Shown here piece after piece: positions 61,844 to 64,000 of a stretch of DNA of 64,000 nucleotides. The DNA is from Nymphaea colorata (lineage: Eukaryota): assembly GCF_008831285.2 (NCBI RefSeq), contig NC_045138.2:43772001-43836000 (forward strand), given 5' to 3'. The translations under genes and the position numbers were made by a program. How positions within the stretch are numbered: the first letter of the stretch is position 1; every line of letters begins with the position of its first letter. Under the pieces are notes generated by a model. That model saw only the letters and a program-made list of their open reading frames with translations. It was not told the origin of the DNA and searched no databases.

Positions 61844-62751
61844 AGGACTGATAGAGGGAGTTTGGGCACGAAGGAGACGAGAGAGAGGGAGGGAAAACAA
61901 GAGGGAGCAAGAGAGAGTGCAACTGGGGGAGGGGTGGGGGTGGGGGTGGAGAAGATTCAGACGGGAGAGGAAATAAAAGAGAAGGAGATTGAAAGCGAGA
62001 GATGGAATGAGAGACCGAGAGGGAGAGAGAGGACTCACCTTCCCTCTACAGCCGGTTCTTCCTCTTCCTCAACATCCGCCTCCTCCCAATCCTCCTCCAC
62101 CTTTCTTCTTCCCCAACTTCTTCTTCTATTGCTCTGAGCGATCGAGAAGCCCTCGTGGTTAGGCTTCTCCTGTTCCTTCTTCCTCTTTGCTATACCCAAA
62201 CTGCAGAGAGAGAGAGAGAGAGAGAGAGAGCCCTTAGTCTTTGGAATCCTCTCAATATGCTAAAGGTCTCGGGTTGGGTTTGGACCTGATTTGGACCCAC
62301 CACACCTGCTACACGAAGATATCAGAATGATAAGAGGTCTAGGGTAAATGAATTAGCACGGTGTATAATTGAATGGGTTGGAATGAATGCGTGTCTCAAT
62401 TAGTACCCTGGTGCATTGAAACATATCCGATTTGGCAGGGCAAGCTCCTTTTTAGATATTCTATCTTTATGAATCGACAAATTGAACAAATGAAGGATTA
62501 ATTAAGTTGTTATTGAATGAATAAATGAACAAATATATTGGGACATCTACCCCATTGTAGTGTATGATTGACATGATTTCTACGCTACAAGTTATGTGAA
62601 ATTGCATTCTACTGATAGGTTCATCTCGGAAATTTCAAAGATTTGTGTGACCAGTTGTATAAGTTGTACTTGTGATACATGTATGACCTGTATTAGTGCT
62701 TATTGGATGGTGTAGTGTAAGTGAACATTCCTATAACACACACACACCCTT

Positions 62752-64000
62752 TGTCACACCCCGACCTTTTTGACACTCAAACATTTTTTTTTTTCTCAAA
62801 ACATAAAGCATCGAGGTGTGACTACACAATAGTTCAAAAAGGAATGAGCCAAGCAATTCAAAACAATGGGGCAAGCTTTCCATTATATAGCATTTCAATT
62901 CAATTGTACATTTGACAAAAATGCCCCAAAATCACAACATCGATGCCTCATCAAAACAAGGCATCAGTAAAACCAAAAACCCGACGCGCCGGCACTACAA
63001 GAACAAAACAAAACCCAAAACCTCCCCAGTAGGACGTGAGTGTAGCCATCTGCTCAGCCTGCTGCCCCGGGTACACCAAAACCTGAAAAAAGGAAACAAC
63101 TGAAGGCTTAGCCTTCGCAGTATGGCAACAAGCCAGAAAAATGCCAAACCCTCTCAAGTAAGGCTCAAATAAAGGGACAAATATCAACCCATCTATCGTC
63201 ATGTCGCGTCTGAGTGCGACACGTAAAAGCCACTTGATGGCCACACTAACACAACATCAGTCACATGCGAAGCATGCTTAAACATAACACTTGCATTCAT
63301 ATCAATCACATATACGTCAGTCACATGCATTCTGTCAAACACTTTGCATTTTCATTAACTTTAGTGCATTAACAGTTCCTGTGGGTGCAACACAGGCACG
63401 TGCACACCGCGGGCGGCCTACAGCCGAGAGACAACCCCCGTGGTGGCCCATAACAGTATGGATCCATTTCACCCGCTGCAGCGGTAGAGCACTCATCCCT
63501 GGATGTGTGACGTCCAAGGTGAGATACTCAGCCTTCCCTAGGACACCCAGGTTGGGAAGCAGGAGCCCAACGCTCCAAGCACAACACACAACAGAACCCT
63601 GGGGCCTTGCACCGCCTGCGCTCTGACAGGCGAGACCAGTGGCAATCAAGGGGGACGTCTCCCAAACACATAGCCACATCCCACTGGCCTCTCATCTCTT
63701 AGTTATTCATTCTTATCATTACAGTTACACATTCACAAGAAGACTGGCTAACACACGAGGTTAGTACACTTCCCGAGTGCACCCACACCTCCGATTACCT
63801 CCACATGAGGTCTATACATACAGTAACAGTCATTGCTAGCCGTCATACCATACGGGTACAACTACCCTCCAAACATCCATTTGCATCATTGCCCATGGCA
63901 ATGCATATGCAACAACATACACATTTATATCAATCATTACATCAGTCATGTCAATCACCTCTTTGAAAAACATAGCCAATCCACAGAGAGTAGTCTCGAT
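62752..64000 (-). mobile_element. Tekay-like LTR, copy 4, runs off the window end
   Basis: TGTCACACCCCGACC terminus, very similar to copy 2. There is no PBS next to the terminus, so it is a solo or 3' LTR. Confidence 0.85.

Larger units (their letters stand above)
57650..62313 (-). mobile_element. Truncated, diverged Tekay-like LTR in antisense orientation, carrying a hAT insertion
   Basis: Shares GCCTTCCCTA..GACACCCAGGTTG, CCTTGCACCGCCTGC, CTAATGCACAATCGGGGTCGAGGAG, GCTCACCCC and the AG-rich tract with copies 1-4. Ends ...GCTACA. Confidence 0.72.

Noticed and set aside
38324..64000. Further helicase exons (motif IV onward)
   Set aside because: No GAILVFL/GW-type or later helicase motifs were found in the ORF track or by reading. 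They presumably lie beyond the window.

Overview
Plant (angiosperm-type) nuclear DNA. The whole window lies inside one + strand gene, a DHX36-family DExH-box RNA helicase (DExH1-like). Seven internal exons are visible (6663-6762, 6833-7045, 7339-7434, 8737-9012, 18741-18944, 19038-19193, 38231-38323; 1138 coding nt). The first exon and the whole C-terminal half lie outside the window. The introns are very large (9.7 kb, 19 kb, >25 kb) and filled with nested transposons. These are five TSD-bounded Ty1/copia elements (one intact with identical LTRs, one with identical LTRs but a broken RNase H, one with mismatched LTRs, two decayed) plus a relic sixth, four copies of a ~3 kb Ty3/gypsy (Tekay-like) solo LTR plus older relics, a CRM-like solo LTR, and several nests of hAT MITEs with 8-bp TSDs. 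The most interesting observations are a conserved multi-hairpin RNA-like domain bracketed by conserved splice sites in the 3-kb solo-LTR family, a shared protease-removing intron geometry in four copia elements, paired MSA (mitotic) elements in a hairpin in the intact copia LTR, and a three-level hAT nest. All alignments and folds were done by eye. Lineage names are tentative.
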